DNA from: a virus
IMG/VR virus record: IMGVR_UViG_3300010399_000032
DNA length: 64,000 nt
Direction: 5' to 3' (one strand)
Position 1 is the first letter of the stretch. Each line of letters starts with the position of its first letter. The notes beneath the pieces are model-generated. The model saw only the letters and a program-made list of their open reading frames with translations, was not told the DNA's origin and did no database searches. Below, piece by piece: positions 1 to 9,971 of the stretch. Both the position numbers and the translations under genes were made by a program.

Positions 1-164
1 CAACCATAGTTTCCCACGATATCCAATGGGCTATTGAATGGCTTATTCATAAAGCGTTTCGACATTTGCGCGTAGGCAATCATCTGATCGGTATATTCAG
101 TGTCAATATAGAAATTGTACACATGCCCATCAGAAATTTTAGAAATAGTTTGGAAATTCATCAT
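1..164 (-). CDS. small hypothetical protein, truncated by window edge
   Basis: ATG at 164 after GAGA, open frame MMNFQTISKISDGHVYNFYID... to window start. Confidence 0.45.
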   Translation of the reverse strand, partial: MMNFQTISKISDGHVYNFYIDTEYTDQMIAYAQMSKRFMNKPFNSPLDIVGNYG

Positions 165-182
165 ATTGTTCTCGGTTAATTG

Positions 183-410
183 TTAATAATATGTATCATG
201 AATGGTATTGAAAAGAGCAAGAGTAATAGGTCCAATGAATCGACTTTGTTGAGCATTAACATTTCGAATCACATCATTACTCACATCGGCGGTTACATAT
301 CTCCGTGCCGAATCACCATAATCTGTCAAAATATGTTTGATCTTGCGTATAAATGAGTAGGCATTATATTCCGTTGAATTGTTAATATTATCTGGTCCCT
401 GGTATATCAT
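183..410 (-). CDS. small hypothetical protein (75 aa)
   Basis: ORF with ATGA overlap on upstream gene stop. Confidence 0.55.
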   Translation of the reverse strand: MIYQGPDNINNSTEYNAYSFIRKIKHILTDYGDSARRYVTADVSNDVIRNVNAQQSRFIGPITLALFNTIHDTYY

Positions 411-1783
411 GGGTGTTCCTGCAAAAAGTAATTCAAATCTTCGGGAGTTCCTAGACTCCAGAATTTGTCCACCTGTTTGATCCTAAATTTCTCACCTCGG
501 TCGATTGCCTCTTGATATACTGGAGCAATATAAAATTCATCAAGATACCTATGGTTCTTGGCTATCATTTCTTCGGCAGATTCAACAAAATCGTGGCCCT
601 TAGCCCAATAATAAAAACCAACGGTTGCCATATTAGATATAACCTGTTTCTCGACAACTCTTGTAACGAATCTATCTTCTCCGAGACCAACATATGAGAA
701 TTTTGGATGGATAGACTCAAATGTGACAATGCCGCCATCTATGTTCTCCGCAGCAAAGGCATACATAACTTCGTTTGAATTCCACTCCACATATTGATCC
801 GAATTGACGATCAGAAGCCGGTCATCATTGTTGATATGTTCCTTGGCTTTCAAGACTGTGCAAGCCGCACCTTCGGTTATTCCGTCAACTTGGACTATTT
901 TACAACCTGGCTTCAAGGCATTCAACATATATTTTAGGTTATATTGCACATAATGGTCTTTTTGAACAAGGAAAATATAGTTAGCTTCAATATTCAAGTT
1001 TTCCAAAACAACCTGAATCATTGGTTTACCCTTAACCTCGATCAATGGTTTAGGAAACTTATAACCAGCATGAGAAAATCGAGACCCCGCACCAGCCATA
1101 GGAATAACCACATTCAATCTGGAATCTCTCCAAGGAATGTTTTCCTTTTTAGTCTGGGTCAGATGTTGTTGGATATTCTCAAATGTAATATCATGGGTTG
1201 ATTCAACACCCATTAATTTTGCTCCCGAATCTAATGCTCCCTGACGCCCAATATGCGAATCTTCAATAATCAAGGTTGTTGCAGGTATAGCCTTGCAAGC
1301 AACCATGCAATTCCAATACATTTGAGGATAAGGTTTGTTGTATTTGACATCCTCGTTGGATTGATAGTAATCAACAAAATCCATAAGCCCTAGGCGAGAA
1401 AGAGATATTTTAACCGTATTTCGGATACTATTTGATGCTACGGCAATCTGGTAGCCTTGGGATTTTAAGGTCTTAAATATGTCAATTAAAGTCTCATTGG
1501 GTGTCATATATGACAACCTACGGAAGGTGGCATCTTGTTTATATTGCCATATGGTATCATAAAGGTTCGTAGGCAGCCCACATTCCTCGGTCAATTTCTT
1601 GAGTTTTGCGGTGGTAGGTAGGCCATCATAAGTCGATAGGTGGTGATCTTTTGAAATTGGCTCCCATCCAACTTGGATCAGGGCATCATTCAGAGCATTA
1701 TAATGCAGTTCACGAGAATCTATTAAAACACCGTCAAGATCAAAGATGATCAGGTTATTATATTCAGTCAAAATCCACCTCAC
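407..1783 (-). CDS. HAD-family phosphatase / sugar nucleotidyltransferase fusion
   Basis: N-term FDLDGVLID, ASNS, KP, EDS HAD motifs; C-term IPMAGAGSRF..PKPLI, NSDQ, LGTPEDL NTP-transferase motifs; exact start uncertain. Confidence 0.85.
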   Translation of the reverse strand: MRWILTEYNNLIIFDLDGVLIDSRELHYNALNDALIQVGWEPISKDHHLSTYDGLPTTAKLKKLTEECGLPTNLYDTIWQYKQDATFRRLSYMTPNETLIDIFKTLKSQGYQIAVASNSIRNTVKISLSRLGLMDFVDYYQSNEDVKYNKPYPQMYWNCMVACKAIPATTLIIEDSHIGRQGALDSGAKLMGVESTHDITFENIQQHLTQTKKENIPWRDSRLNVVIPMAGAGSRFSHAGYKFPKPLIEVKGKPMIQVVLENLNIEANYIFLVQKDHYVQYNLKYMLNALKPGCKIVQVDGITEGAACTVLKAKEHINNDDRLLIVNSDQYVEWNSNEVMYAFAAENIDGGIVTFESIHPKFSYVGLGEDRFVTRVVEKQVISNMATVGFYYWAKGHDFVESAEEMIAKNHRYLDEFYIAPVYQEAIDRGEKFRIKQVDKFWSLGTPEDLNYFLQEHP

Positions 1784-2501
1784 GCATAATTTGTAAGCCT
1801 TCCTCAGGAATTTGAGTTACTGCCCATTTACCCGGTTTTAATGTCTGAGCCATACTATAACGATTGAAATGTGGAGCATTATCTGAATTAAAAAACACTC
1901 GTTCCGACCAATCGATATCTTCCGCAGAACCGGGAAGAAATGTTTCATTAAAAGGTCGATCCCTCAATATATGCTTCCTACAGATTATATATCCACCGGA
2001 AATGTATTGGAGGTGTGTAAAATCCTCACAATCATAGGGAAGTGCATTAATAAATTCTGGTCCATTTTCCTTTGGATTAGCTGCCATGAGAATTCTGGCC
2101 AACTCAGGGCGTTGATTAATAGCCTTAGCCATATGCCAAGGATTCATCATCCAATCGGTATGACGTTTTCCTTCTAAGGTCAAAATCTGATTTGTACAAA
2201 CTTTCCATTGAGGAGTTTCTTCATCAAATGCATTCAATCCTACCAACCAACCGGGATGCAATTGGTAGTAATCATGTAAGATAACCAAAGTATCATACTT
2301 AGCTTTCGATGCTATCCAATTTTTTTTGGTAGTAATCCATTGATCTGGGTTTGCTGCCAATAGGATTTCAAAATTACCTTTTGGTTCATTCATTGACGTA
2401 TATTGGGAATAGATAGAATCTAAAGTCTGAGACAAATATTGAGGATCAGATCCAACACAGATTCCGTAAGTAATATCAAGGCTCATTCCGTGATACCCCA
2501 T
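1764..2501 (-). CDS. GT-A fold glycosyltransferase-like protein
   Basis: ITTKKN..A, LHDY, SGGYII, AEDIDWS motifs resemble GT2; glycan cluster context. Confidence 0.6.
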   Translation of the reverse strand: MGYHGMSLDITYGICVGSDPQYLSQTLDSIYSQYTSMNEPKGNFEILLAANPDQWITTKKNWIASKAKYDTLVILHDYYQLHPGWLVGLNAFDEETPQWKVCTNQILTLEGKRHTDWMMNPWHMAKAINQRPELARILMAANPKENGPEFINALPYDCEDFTHLQYISGGYIICRKHILRDRPFNETFLPGSAEDIDWSERVFFNSDNAPHFNRYSMAQTLKPGKWAVTQIPEEGLQIMREVDFD

Positions 2502-2688
2502 ATTTTACATAGATGGTGGTTACAATTCCCATTCGCATAGTGGTTACAATTCCCACTCGCATATTTTCAATATCATCAGGAATTCTGCTAATTGCTTTGG
2601 TATATTGATCAACAGTATTAGCAATAACATTGTGGGTTTCCATCGTACACCTATCAACAAATAGTCGATATTTGCTAAAAGAACTCAA
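2476..2688 (-). CDS. small hypothetical protein with internal 8-aa duplication
   Basis: TTG start 8 nt after GGAG; MRVGIVTT/MRMGIVTT. Confidence 0.5.
   Translation of the reverse strand: MSSFSKYRLFVDRCTMETHNVIANTVDQYTKAISRIPDDIENMRVGIVTTMRMGIVTTIYVKYGVSRNEP
2516..2563. repeat. 24-bp tandem duplication (2 copies, 1 mismatch)
   Basis: gtggttacaattcccattcgcata / gtggttacaattcccactcgcata. Confidence 0.9.
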
Positions 2689-2707
2689 TTTTCATTCTCC
2701 GAATCAT

Positions 2708-2938
2708 TTATTGGCTCTCCTCACCCTTTATTCCACGATTATCATATAAAAATTTCCATTTTTCCTGTGGAACGTTCATTATAGCTCTAACCCTATTTAT
2801 AACTATGACCGGAATTCGACGGGAAGTATTTAACCCATCCGAACTAGTTAATCCTCTTCGGATGGTTCCATACCAAAGATCCTGCTTGAGTTTAACAGGA
2901 ATACCATCATTTATCTTATCTAAAAATATAGGATTCAT
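2708..2938 (-). CDS. small hypothetical protein (76 aa)
   Basis: ORF tightly packed in operon, starts MNPI. Confidence 0.55.
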   Translation of the reverse strand: MNPIFLDKINDGIPVKLKQDLWYGTIRRGLTSSDGLNTSRRIPVIVINRVRAIMNVPQEKWKFLYDNRGIKGEESQ

Positions 2939-2950
2939 TTTAAGCGCCTA

Positions 2951-3205
2951 TCAATCATGTTTAACCTTTGAAACTATGTGCCTAAACAATGGGCTAAAAG
3001 GTGAAATTCTAAAACAATAAAACCTAAATTGTTCGATATTCCTTTCAAGATTTTGTGGGCTATGCCGATCAGAGCGGGCCCGCCATCGTCTCTCTCTTTC
3101 AATATTATGGAGAGTATCCCAATCATTCAACACCAAACTATGTGAATATTTACTATATTTCATGTCAGGGGTTAAGCTAAGAGCCTTAAGTAGAATTGGT
3201 TTCAT
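2951..3205 (-). CDS. small hypothetical protein (~84 aa)
   Basis: likely start MKPILL at 3205 after GAGG; packed ORF. Confidence 0.5.
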   Translation of the reverse strand: MKPILLKALSLTPDMKYSKYSHSLVLNDWDTLHNIERERRWRARSDRHSPQNLERNIEQFRFYCFRISPFSPLFRHIVSKVKHD

Positions 3206-4151
3206 CCAAAATATCCTCAATATCATTACATGTCTGAGAAATGGTATGGTTAGCCATTACATAATCATACCCCGCATATATCTTATCTTGTACATCCATA
3301 TTCAATCGATTAAAGGCTTTCAATTTCTCGATCAAATCTTTACCATCTTTATATGGATGCCCATAAGGTGATAATTCATCCACAGCACCAACATCAGCCC
3401 GCCCAAACCAAGGAGTTTGGTTCATCATGGCTTCAAGTAGAACTAACCCGTATCCTTCTTCGGTTGAATTAAGAATATAGGCCGAGGCAGACTTAATTGC
3501 AGCCATAACCTCATCCTTAGCACAACCTTTAAACACCTTGACCGAGGCACTTTCCGATGGGGCATTTTCAAACATTCCATATCCATATAAATGGAGTTCT
3601 CCTGCAATACCAGATTGATCATATAAATCCGCCAATTCGGTCATTGCCTTATTTGGATAAAACCCACCCGCCGATACAAAAATAGGAGTATTCGAGGCCT
3701 TAAAATGACCTATGGTTCTTTCAGGCACAATACCATGACGAATTCTCCGGGCCTTGAATAGCTTGTTCTGATCCTTAAGGAAATCAATATCCAATTGACT
3801 GGAATAGGATAGGAACTTATTATTCTCTAATCCCATTTTGGAGATTTCGCTTAGGGAAGGCTTGATGATCATATAGACCACCGGGCTAACGGTATTAATG
3901 TACTGAGAATTGAAATGGATGGTATTTTGGGCAGTCACATCCGATCCATGCACCAAGATCAAATCATAGTGCTGGTTAAGGAGATTGAAATTGGAGGTCA
4001 CCTTAACCCCATTCTGGGAGCCCTGGTGTGTACCACATAAGACGGTTACATCATGCCCTCGCCGGAGAAGTTCCTCAGCCATGTCTCGGACAAAATACTC
4101 CGATCCACCTTCATAAGGAACATAGCGATGGACAACAAACATAATTTTCAT
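3186..4151 (-). CDS. GT-B glycosyltransferase family 4
   Basis: MKIMFVVHRY.P..GGSE..V..MAEEL..RGHDVTV; EGYGLVLLEAM motif. Confidence 0.85.
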   Translation of the reverse strand: MKIMFVVHRYVPYEGGSEYFVRDMAEELLRRGHDVTVLCGTHQGSQNGVKVTSNFNLLNQHYDLILVHGSDVTAQNTIHFNSQYINTVSPVVYMIIKPSLSEISKMGLENNKFLSYSSQLDIDFLKDQNKLFKARRIRHGIVPERTIGHFKASNTPIFVSAGGFYPNKAMTELADLYDQSGIAGELHLYGYGMFENAPSESASVKVFKGCAKDEVMAAIKSASAYILNSTEEGYGLVLLEAMMNQTPWFGRADVGAVDELSPYGHPYKDGKDLIEKLKAFNRLNMDVQDKIYAGYDYVMANHTISQTCNDIEDILDETNST

Positions 4152-4155
4152 TGCT

Positions 4156-4596
4156 TTATCCTACCCTATATGCAATAATGTGTGTCTTTGGATTATAATT
4201 GGCATTCCGCTTTCTCCAATATTCCACGGGATCGGTAAATTGTTCAAATTCACCAGTAGGATCACCTAGGTATTCATAGATTTCTCTCATTGCTTCGATA
4301 ATATCAGTTTTCATACCCATTCCACCAGTGAAACATAATTTATTGTATTTCCATGTCTCGGGAATTCTAGGGTCAATCACTACAGCCGAATTTTCATGAA
4401 CAAAGGCCTTCATGGTGTCACCAAGCTTGAATTCAACCGTAGCTGTTTCAATATTTTCTGCCCACATATTCAAGACACGAATTTGAGGTGCAACCCAACA
4501 ATAATTTCCCCAACTAACGGGGCGAGAACGGCCTGTGCCTATGAGACTGTGACCTGTGACATGGGTGGATATATCCTGTTCTTGCCAGTATTTCAT
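4156..4596 (-). CDS. hypothetical protein
   Basis: 146-aa ORF, ATGA overlap with upstream gene. Confidence 0.65.
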   Translation of the reverse strand: MKYWQEQDISTHVTGHSLIGTGRSRPVSWGNYCWVAPQIRVLNMWAENIETATVEFKLGDTMKAFVHENSAVVIDPRIPETWKYNKLCFTGGMGMKTDIIEAMREIYEYLGDPTGEFEQFTDPVEYWRKRNANYNPKTHIIAYRVG

Positions 4597-5498
4597 ATCA
4601 CAAAGTTATCCCACCAGTTAAGGAAATTATCAATATACGCTACATCAGGTAACCTGTTATCGGTAAATGCCGGTTGACCTAATATATCTAGGTATCGGTT
4701 TTTGTTGTCCCAGATATTGGTGCATTCGTTCCAAAAAGCATGGAAGTCATACCCCTGTTCAGAGATTCGAAAATCGTTGAGATTGAGGAAGCTTCGGGGA
4801 TTAAAATCTTGTTGAACCTTATTCGATCCCCAATAAAGTGGGATGGTATTAGAATAATAGGCGTCGATAAGTTTCTCAGTGACATAACCAGGATAACTCC
4901 CATTTTCAAAAGCCATACCAAAGGCATGTTTATGATAAAATTGAATTTTTAACTCACGGTCTCTCGGAATAACAAATGTGTTATTATTCATATGTGGTCC
5001 GGCCGCGTCTAGTTGATGATAGTTATTAATAAATTCAACAAATCGCGTCCTGATAGAACAGTGAGGATTAGACTGGACATACGCTATCATAGGCAGATTT
5101 TTCTCATGCTTATATTCCCATTCAAATTCAAGATCGATGGGTTTTTCAACCAAATAGTTAAATGGGCGATCACCGAAAGGATTATTGTCCTTGGTAATCG
5201 CCCACATTTCTAAAACGTATAAGGGTAAACGATAATGTCGGGGAGAATTTTCATGATCAAAGGAAATGGCATGATCACATTCTAACCAATTAGGGCGTAC
5301 ATTCTCACCAGTAAAGAAAATCTTCTTTTGGGCTGGGATACGGAGGTGACTTTGGCCAAAATTACCATCACCGAAAATGAGATAATCAGGATATTTGTCA
5401 TCCCTCTCAATATGATATCTTGTGCCTAGCACATTCTCGAAAAAGAGGATAGCATTTTCGTATGTATCTGCAAACCCTAATCTTAAAACTTTGTCCAA
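4593..5498 (-). CDS. GT10 alpha-1,3/4-fucosyltransferase-like protein
   Basis: FTGENVRP, RLPLY and FGMAFENGSYPGYVTEKLIDAY...IPLYWG GT10 motif. Confidence 0.88.
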   Translation of the reverse strand: MDKVLRLGFADTYENAILFFENVLGTRYHIERDDKYPDYLIFGDGNFGQSHLRIPAQKKIFFTGENVRPNWLECDHAISFDHENSPRHYRLPLYVLEMWAITKDNNPFGDRPFNYLVEKPIDLEFEWEYKHEKNLPMIAYVQSNPHCSIRTRFVEFINNYHQLDAAGPHMNNNTFVIPRDRELKIQFYHKHAFGMAFENGSYPGYVTEKLIDAYYSNTIPLYWGSNKVQQDFNPRSFLNLNDFRISEQGYDFHAFWNECTNIWDNKNRYLDILGQPAFTDNRLPDVAYIDNFLNWWDNFVI

Positions 5499-6109
5499 AA
5501 CACTACCCCATTCTGTAACCGATTCAAAGGTTGTCTGATCTTATTTTCAGCCATAAATTCCTTTAGACCATCGGATACAGTATTCAACATCATGTCATGA
5601 ATGGCAATAAGCCCACCTGACTTTATTTTTGGATAATAGTTTTTAAGGTCTAGTTTAACATGTTCCTTAGTATGATCACCATCCACAAAAAGGAAATCAT
5701 ACGTTCCGTCAACAAAATAATCGGAAACATTCTCAGCTTTATCATTTATCAAAAAGGCTCGATCCGGATAAAGGGAAAAATTGGTCTGAGCAATCACCTT
5801 GAACTTATCCATAGTATCCTGTTCAAGCTTACCAATCCAATCATCATATTCAAGGAAAGGATCAATAGTTGTCATAACCATACCGGAGCATGATTCGAGG
5901 ATTAAACAGGTTGATTCTCCGCGGGCCGTACCAATTTCAATACCACGGGCTGAACCCTTGCGTTTCAGATATGGAATCAATCCTTTGACAGGAATATAAT
6001 CCAGGGGCCATTCACCTTCATCAGTGAGTTCCCGTATTGTCATAAAATCACTGGGTGTAGGAATAAAGCCCTTGGGCTTAGTCACGATATCGTTTGTCGA
6101 TAATTGCAT
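5483..6109 (-). CDS. class I SAM methyltransferase (Methyltransf_24-like)
   Basis: IEIGTARGES, DFLFVDGDH, KSGGLIAIHD. Confidence 0.85.
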   Translation of the reverse strand: MQLSTNDIVTKPKGFIPTPSDFMTIRELTDEGEWPLDYIPVKGLIPYLKRKGSARGIEIGTARGESTCLILESCSGMVMTTIDPFLEYDDWIGKLEQDTMDKFKVIAQTNFSLYPDRAFLINDKAENVSDYFVDGTYDFLFVDGDHTKEHVKLDLKNYYPKIKSGGLIAIHDMMLNTVSDGLKEFMAENKIRQPLNRLQNGVVFWTKF

Positions 6110-6977
6110 TTAATTCTCGGATTCTGTTATATTGATGGACGATGGTATATGGTTGCCCATTGGGATTATAGACTGTTCCTTCTTCATCCCAGGAAATTTC
6201 ACCTTGATTGACAAAGTTGTCCTTATAGGGGATTTTATTTCTAAGATATTGCGCTCCAACCTCACCTGAACCTTGTTCAATGGCTTGAGAGGATGTTCCT
6301 ATATGAACAGCCCAATCCGATCCTAATCCAAGGTATTGGGTATTGAGCGACCAAGGAAGTTGCGAAATGGTGATATTAAGAGCCGCTTGATCCGGACCAC
6401 CTCCACCAGGAACATAAGCAGGAGTCCCACGGCAAAGAAGATAGGTATTGAGACACAGGTCCATAAAAACCTCATAATCCCCACCAATAACACCAGCACA
6501 ATAGATTTCATAGTCCTTTACCTTATCAAAAATTACAGGACCAAAAGCCTGAATCATATTGTTCTTTGACCAAGGTTCATCCTTATATCGGAAATTTTCT
6601 GAGCCCAAAACCACAGCACCCATATACAATTCATTTTGAAATGGATCCTTCTGGAAAACTACATCCCTCACATCAGTCATGACAACATAATCAGGTTTCT
6701 CATCCATTTCCTTGAGGAAGTACCATGCATGGATGAACCGTTCAACCACGATATTAAATCCGTCATTGGTTGGATATTTTAGGTCGCCGTTGGCTTCCCT
6801 AGAAAAAGCAAAAATTGAAACACCATGTTTTTCCAGTAACTCCACATCCTTATGATCCATGTTATAAACGATCAATCCGATTGTGCCGGTAAACCCCGTT
6901 CTCTTGATTGATACCAACCAAGGTTCGATTTGTGCATAAGTATAATTCGTTACTGCACCTAAAATCATATCAGTCAT
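6078..6977 (-). CDS. putative glycosyltransferase (GT-A-like)
   Basis: TDVRDVVFQKDPF, CAGVIGG, DQAALN, IVHQYNR motifs. Confidence 0.65.
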   Translation of the reverse strand: MTDMILGAVTNYTYAQIEPWLVSIKRTGFTGTIGLIVYNMDHKDVELLEKHGVSIFAFSREANGDLKYPTNDGFNIVVERFIHAWYFLKEMDEKPDYVVMTDVRDVVFQKDPFQNELYMGAVVLGSENFRYKDEPWSKNNMIQAFGPVIFDKVKDYEIYCAGVIGGDYEVFMDLCLNTYLLCRGTPAYVPGGGGPDQAALNITISQLPWSLNTQYLGLGSDWAVHIGTSSQAIEQGSGEVGAQYLRNKIPYKDNFVNQGEISWDEEGTVYNPNGQPYTIVHQYNRIRELNAIIDKRYRD

Positions 6978-7171
6978 TTATTATTTTCCTTATACATTTT
7001 ATGCAATAATTGTTTAACATCTGGGATCCCACTAACACCATATCGATGCAATAAAGAAGCCACTCTAGGATGAAAATAATCCGTAACAGGCGAATATGTT
7101 ACCCTATCATGAGTATGATAAAATCTTACCTTGTACCATTCAGGGAAAAAATTAATAGGTTTCATGATCAA
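6974..7171 (-). CDS. small hypothetical protein
   Basis: overlapping start/stop on both sides; (MI)MKPINF start. Confidence 0.55.
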   Translation of the reverse strand: MIMKPINFFPEWYKVRFYHTHDRVTYSPVTDYFHPRVASLLHRYGVSGIPDVKQLLHKMYKENNK

Positions 7172-7902
7172 TCATTCCTGATATAGAAATCGTCCCATCG
7201 GCTAATCATTTCAAATTTTCTGTAATATCCCTGGGACGTTAACAAATTATATAGCTTTTGTCTAGTTACCTGATTATAATTATGCTCGACCGTTATGCAA
7301 TGTATGTAATATTTCTTGCTCTTGCGGTTTTTAAAAAATGCCTCAAGAATGTCAAATTCCGAACCTTCGGTATCCACTGACATATAATCGATATAGTTTG
7401 TGGATTTAAGCGCCAGAAGATCAACCAAGGAAATGGTAGGAATTTTTAAGATTGACCCATGAGTTCTCTTTTCGGCATGTTCATCATCCTGCCCATAACC
7501 AGAAATAGTTGAAAGATCAAGTTCATCGGTTTGGATAAAATCAATAGTTTCATCCGATTTAGTCCATACACACTTATTGACTATTCTAGATGTTTTGCGG
7601 ATAGAAACAAGTTGAGCAATGTGATTTGGTAATGGTTCTGCGAGAAGGCCTTTCCATGCATATTCAGATTCGAGCAAATATGTGTTCGAACCGGCAATTC
7701 CATCCGCGGCACCAAATTCCACAAAGGTTCCCTGTCTTTTAAAACCGGATTCATAGAGGGCCCACACATCTTGGAGATTTTGAGACTTGGTTTTATCAAA
7801 GTTATAAAGTACCGCGCCCACAAATTTAACGGCTTCGGGATCATCGCTACTTTTTGCATAATTCAAAAACTCATTTAGTTCGTAACCAAAGTTTTGTTCC
7901 AT
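7168..7902 (-). CDS. FkbM-family methyltransferase
   Basis: FVEFGAADG...SNT, WKGLLAEP, IDYMSVDTEGSEFDIL, ITVEHN. Confidence 0.88.
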   Translation of the reverse strand: MEQNFGYELNEFLNYAKSSDDPEAVKFVGAVLYNFDKTKSQNLQDVWALYESGFKRQGTFVEFGAADGIAGSNTYLLESEYAWKGLLAEPLPNHIAQLVSIRKTSRIVNKCVWTKSDETIDFIQTDELDLSTISGYGQDDEHAEKRTHGSILKIPTISLVDLLALKSTNYIDYMSVDTEGSEFDILEAFFKNRKSKKYYIHCITVEHNYNQVTRQKLYNLLTSQGYYRKFEMISRWDDFYIRND

Positions 7903-8660
7903 GGGAAATTATCTCCGTATTGTTTTTTATAATGTTCATTACCTTGGAGGAAGAAATCTTTGGTAACAGAGTTTGGATTACCATCAAGGCGATAGCATAA
8001 GGTATGTAATCCCGAGCAGGCATAATTCTTATTTTGGGTCGGATTACTCAAATCCACAACAGAGGATAACCATCGCCTATCACCACCCCATCCTGAATGC
8101 CATTTATGCCCCATTAATTCTAAAATGCTTCGATGGAAAATAAATGATGATGTATCAATGAGATAGCTGGGAGATTTATTCTGGGTGAACCAAATAGGCC
8201 ATTTTCCCAGGCTCTCACAATTATCATCTAGGAGATAATTTCCATCTACATCATGAATGCTGCGGAGAGAGTAAGCAAATGAAGCATCTGAGTTAGTTTC
8301 CAGTGTTTCAACAAGAGATTCGATGTGATTTGGTTCATACCAGTTGTCCTCATCTAAAAACATAGCATAATCAGTATCTAGGAGGTGTGAAAAAGCCGCA
8401 TAGATACGATGCCCATAATAACCATTCTTTCCTGTATTCCAAGGTAAAGCACAAATAGTCAAACGACCAGAGGATCGCTCAATTTCATAATTTGATAGTT
8501 CATCAGCTACCTTAGAATCAAACTCATTTCCATCAATAACCACAAGGTGTTTGACATTGGTATAAGTTTGTTGTGCAACTGAGAGAACCGCCTTATTAAG
8601 TGTTTCCTTACCTATGGTAGGGGTAATTACCGTAACAGGCTTATTGATCTTTAGTTTCAT
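7875..8660 (-). CDS. glycosyltransferase family 2
   Basis: VTVITPT, SVAQQTY, VVIDG, FLDEDN. Confidence 0.85.
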   Translation of the reverse strand: MKLKINKPVTVITPTIGKETLNKAVLSVAQQTYTNVKHLVVIDGNEFDSKVADELSNYEIERSSGRLTICALPWNTGKNGYYGHRIYAAFSHLLDTDYAMFLDEDNWYEPNHIESLVETLETNSDASFAYSLRSIHDVDGNYLLDDNCESLGKWPIWFTQNKSPSYLIDTSSFIFHRSILELMGHKWHSGWGGDRRWLSSVVDLSNPTQNKNYACSGLHTLCYRLDGNPNSVTKDFFLQGNEHYKKQYGDNFPWNKTLVTN

Positions 8661-8962
8661 TAAAACTGACCATCACCATCTAGAATAGTTGGGTCCCAAC
8701 CTCCATTACCACTATTTCCCAGGTAATTAATAGATTCTCGATTAAGTTCGGCAGTAACAATACCGGCACACCATGCATTAATTTCATTGATATCTTCCGT
8801 TTCGAAGTTACGATTATACTTATTGGTTATAACATGCAACTCATATATTGGTGCACTTCTCTGTATAATTTCAAGACCGACCACATCTTCGGTTCGGCTT
8901 TTTTTATAGAAACTTTCAATATCTTCTACTCGCAGATATGTATCTTTAATTTTTACAAACAT
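8660..8962 (-). CDS. hypothetical protein
   Basis: probable start MFVKIKD at 8962 just after dUTPase stop. Confidence 0.6.
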   Translation of the reverse strand: MFVKIKDTYLRVEDIESFYKKSRTEDVVGLEIIQRSAPIYELHVITNKYNRNFETEDINEINAWCAGIVTAELNRESINYLGNSGNGGWDPTILDGDGQF

Positions 8963-8963
8963 T

Positions 8964-9518
8964 TTATTTCCCCGTTGATCCATGACCACCAATTCGATTC
9001 GTTTTCTGTGCTGGTGGAAAAGCAGTTTCATCCAACTTATATTCAAGCATCTTAACCAATTCACCTTGGGCCAAGCGATCACCAGGTGAAACAGTATATG
9101 CTTCCTCTGTCACATTTAATAGCATAATCACAAACTCGTCCGTATAATCCCAATCAATAACACCCTCACAGTTTGGTAAGGTGATGCCTTTCTTAAGGGA
9201 AATGCCAGAACGAGGATGGATACGGACAGAATATCCCTCCGGAATATCAAAAATCAGTCCGGTTGGAGCCAAAACTCTTTCACCTGGCATAATAGAAAAT
9301 ACACCAGAAGTTCCGATAATTCGATTAATCGGAGCATTATGGGCATCAAATCCCTTGACCTCATTTAATCCTTGCATAGGTTGATAAGACAAGTCAAAGC
9401 AAGCCGAACCTTCGGTGGCGAAGGTCGGCAAGTTAATTGATGGATGTTTTTTGAAGAATTTTAAGGTAGGAACGTTAGGTGTATCTTCGTTTGAAGTTTG
9501 GGTTTTCACTTTTGTCAT
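8964..9518 (-). CDS. dut: dUTPase (trimeric)
   Basis: GSACFDL, PRSG, GVIDWDY, RLAQG, RIGGHGSTG motifs. Confidence 0.95.
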   Translation of the reverse strand: MTKVKTQTSNEDTPNVPTLKFFKKHPSINLPTFATEGSACFDLSYQPMQGLNEVKGFDAHNAPINRIIGTSGVFSIMPGERVLAPTGLIFDIPEGYSVRIHPRSGISLKKGITLPNCEGVIDWDYTDEFVIMLLNVTEEAYTVSPGDRLAQGELVKMLEYKLDETAFPPAQKTNRIGGHGSTGK

Positions 9519-9533
9519 AATATAACCTTTCGT

Positions 9534-9971
9534 TTATTTGTTTTTTTGCCCTATAGTGTACTTAGCCACCAAATTCCAATCACCTTTCTCTTTGTGAGAG
9601 AGAACTTTGATTTGACTCATTGGTGCCACTGGGCTTGCACTTTTACTCTCATCAACCAAATCATATAACTCCCAATCATGGAGAAGATTTGCGATGGTAT
9701 TTCGTCGGGCCTTATCGTCTTCCGAGAAATCTGCGGCCTTACCATCTAATAAGAACATTTCCTTGAAATGCATAATGGCATATTCGCCTTGTTTATGCAA
9801 AATATGGCATGACTGATAGAGGGTTTTATCCTTTTTTGACGCTATTCCTATTCTGGTGAGAGTTTCCTTGATTTTAAGGAAATCCTCGGGATCAATCAAT
9901 GTGATTTTGAGCCCAAGCCCACGGAATTTATCTGGTTGACCCCCGCTTTCGTTCTGATTTATATTTGTCAT
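9534..9971 (-). CDS. regA: translational repressor RegA
   Basis: DFLKIKETLTRIGIAS..LYQSCHILHKQG.Y.I.HFKE. Confidence 0.97.
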   Translation of the reverse strand: MTNINQNESGGQPDKFRGLGLKITLIDPEDFLKIKETLTRIGIASKKDKTLYQSCHILHKQGEYAIMHFKEMFLLDGKAADFSEDDKARRNTIANLLHDWELYDLVDESKSASPVAPMSQIKVLSHKEKGDWNLVAKYTIGQKNK

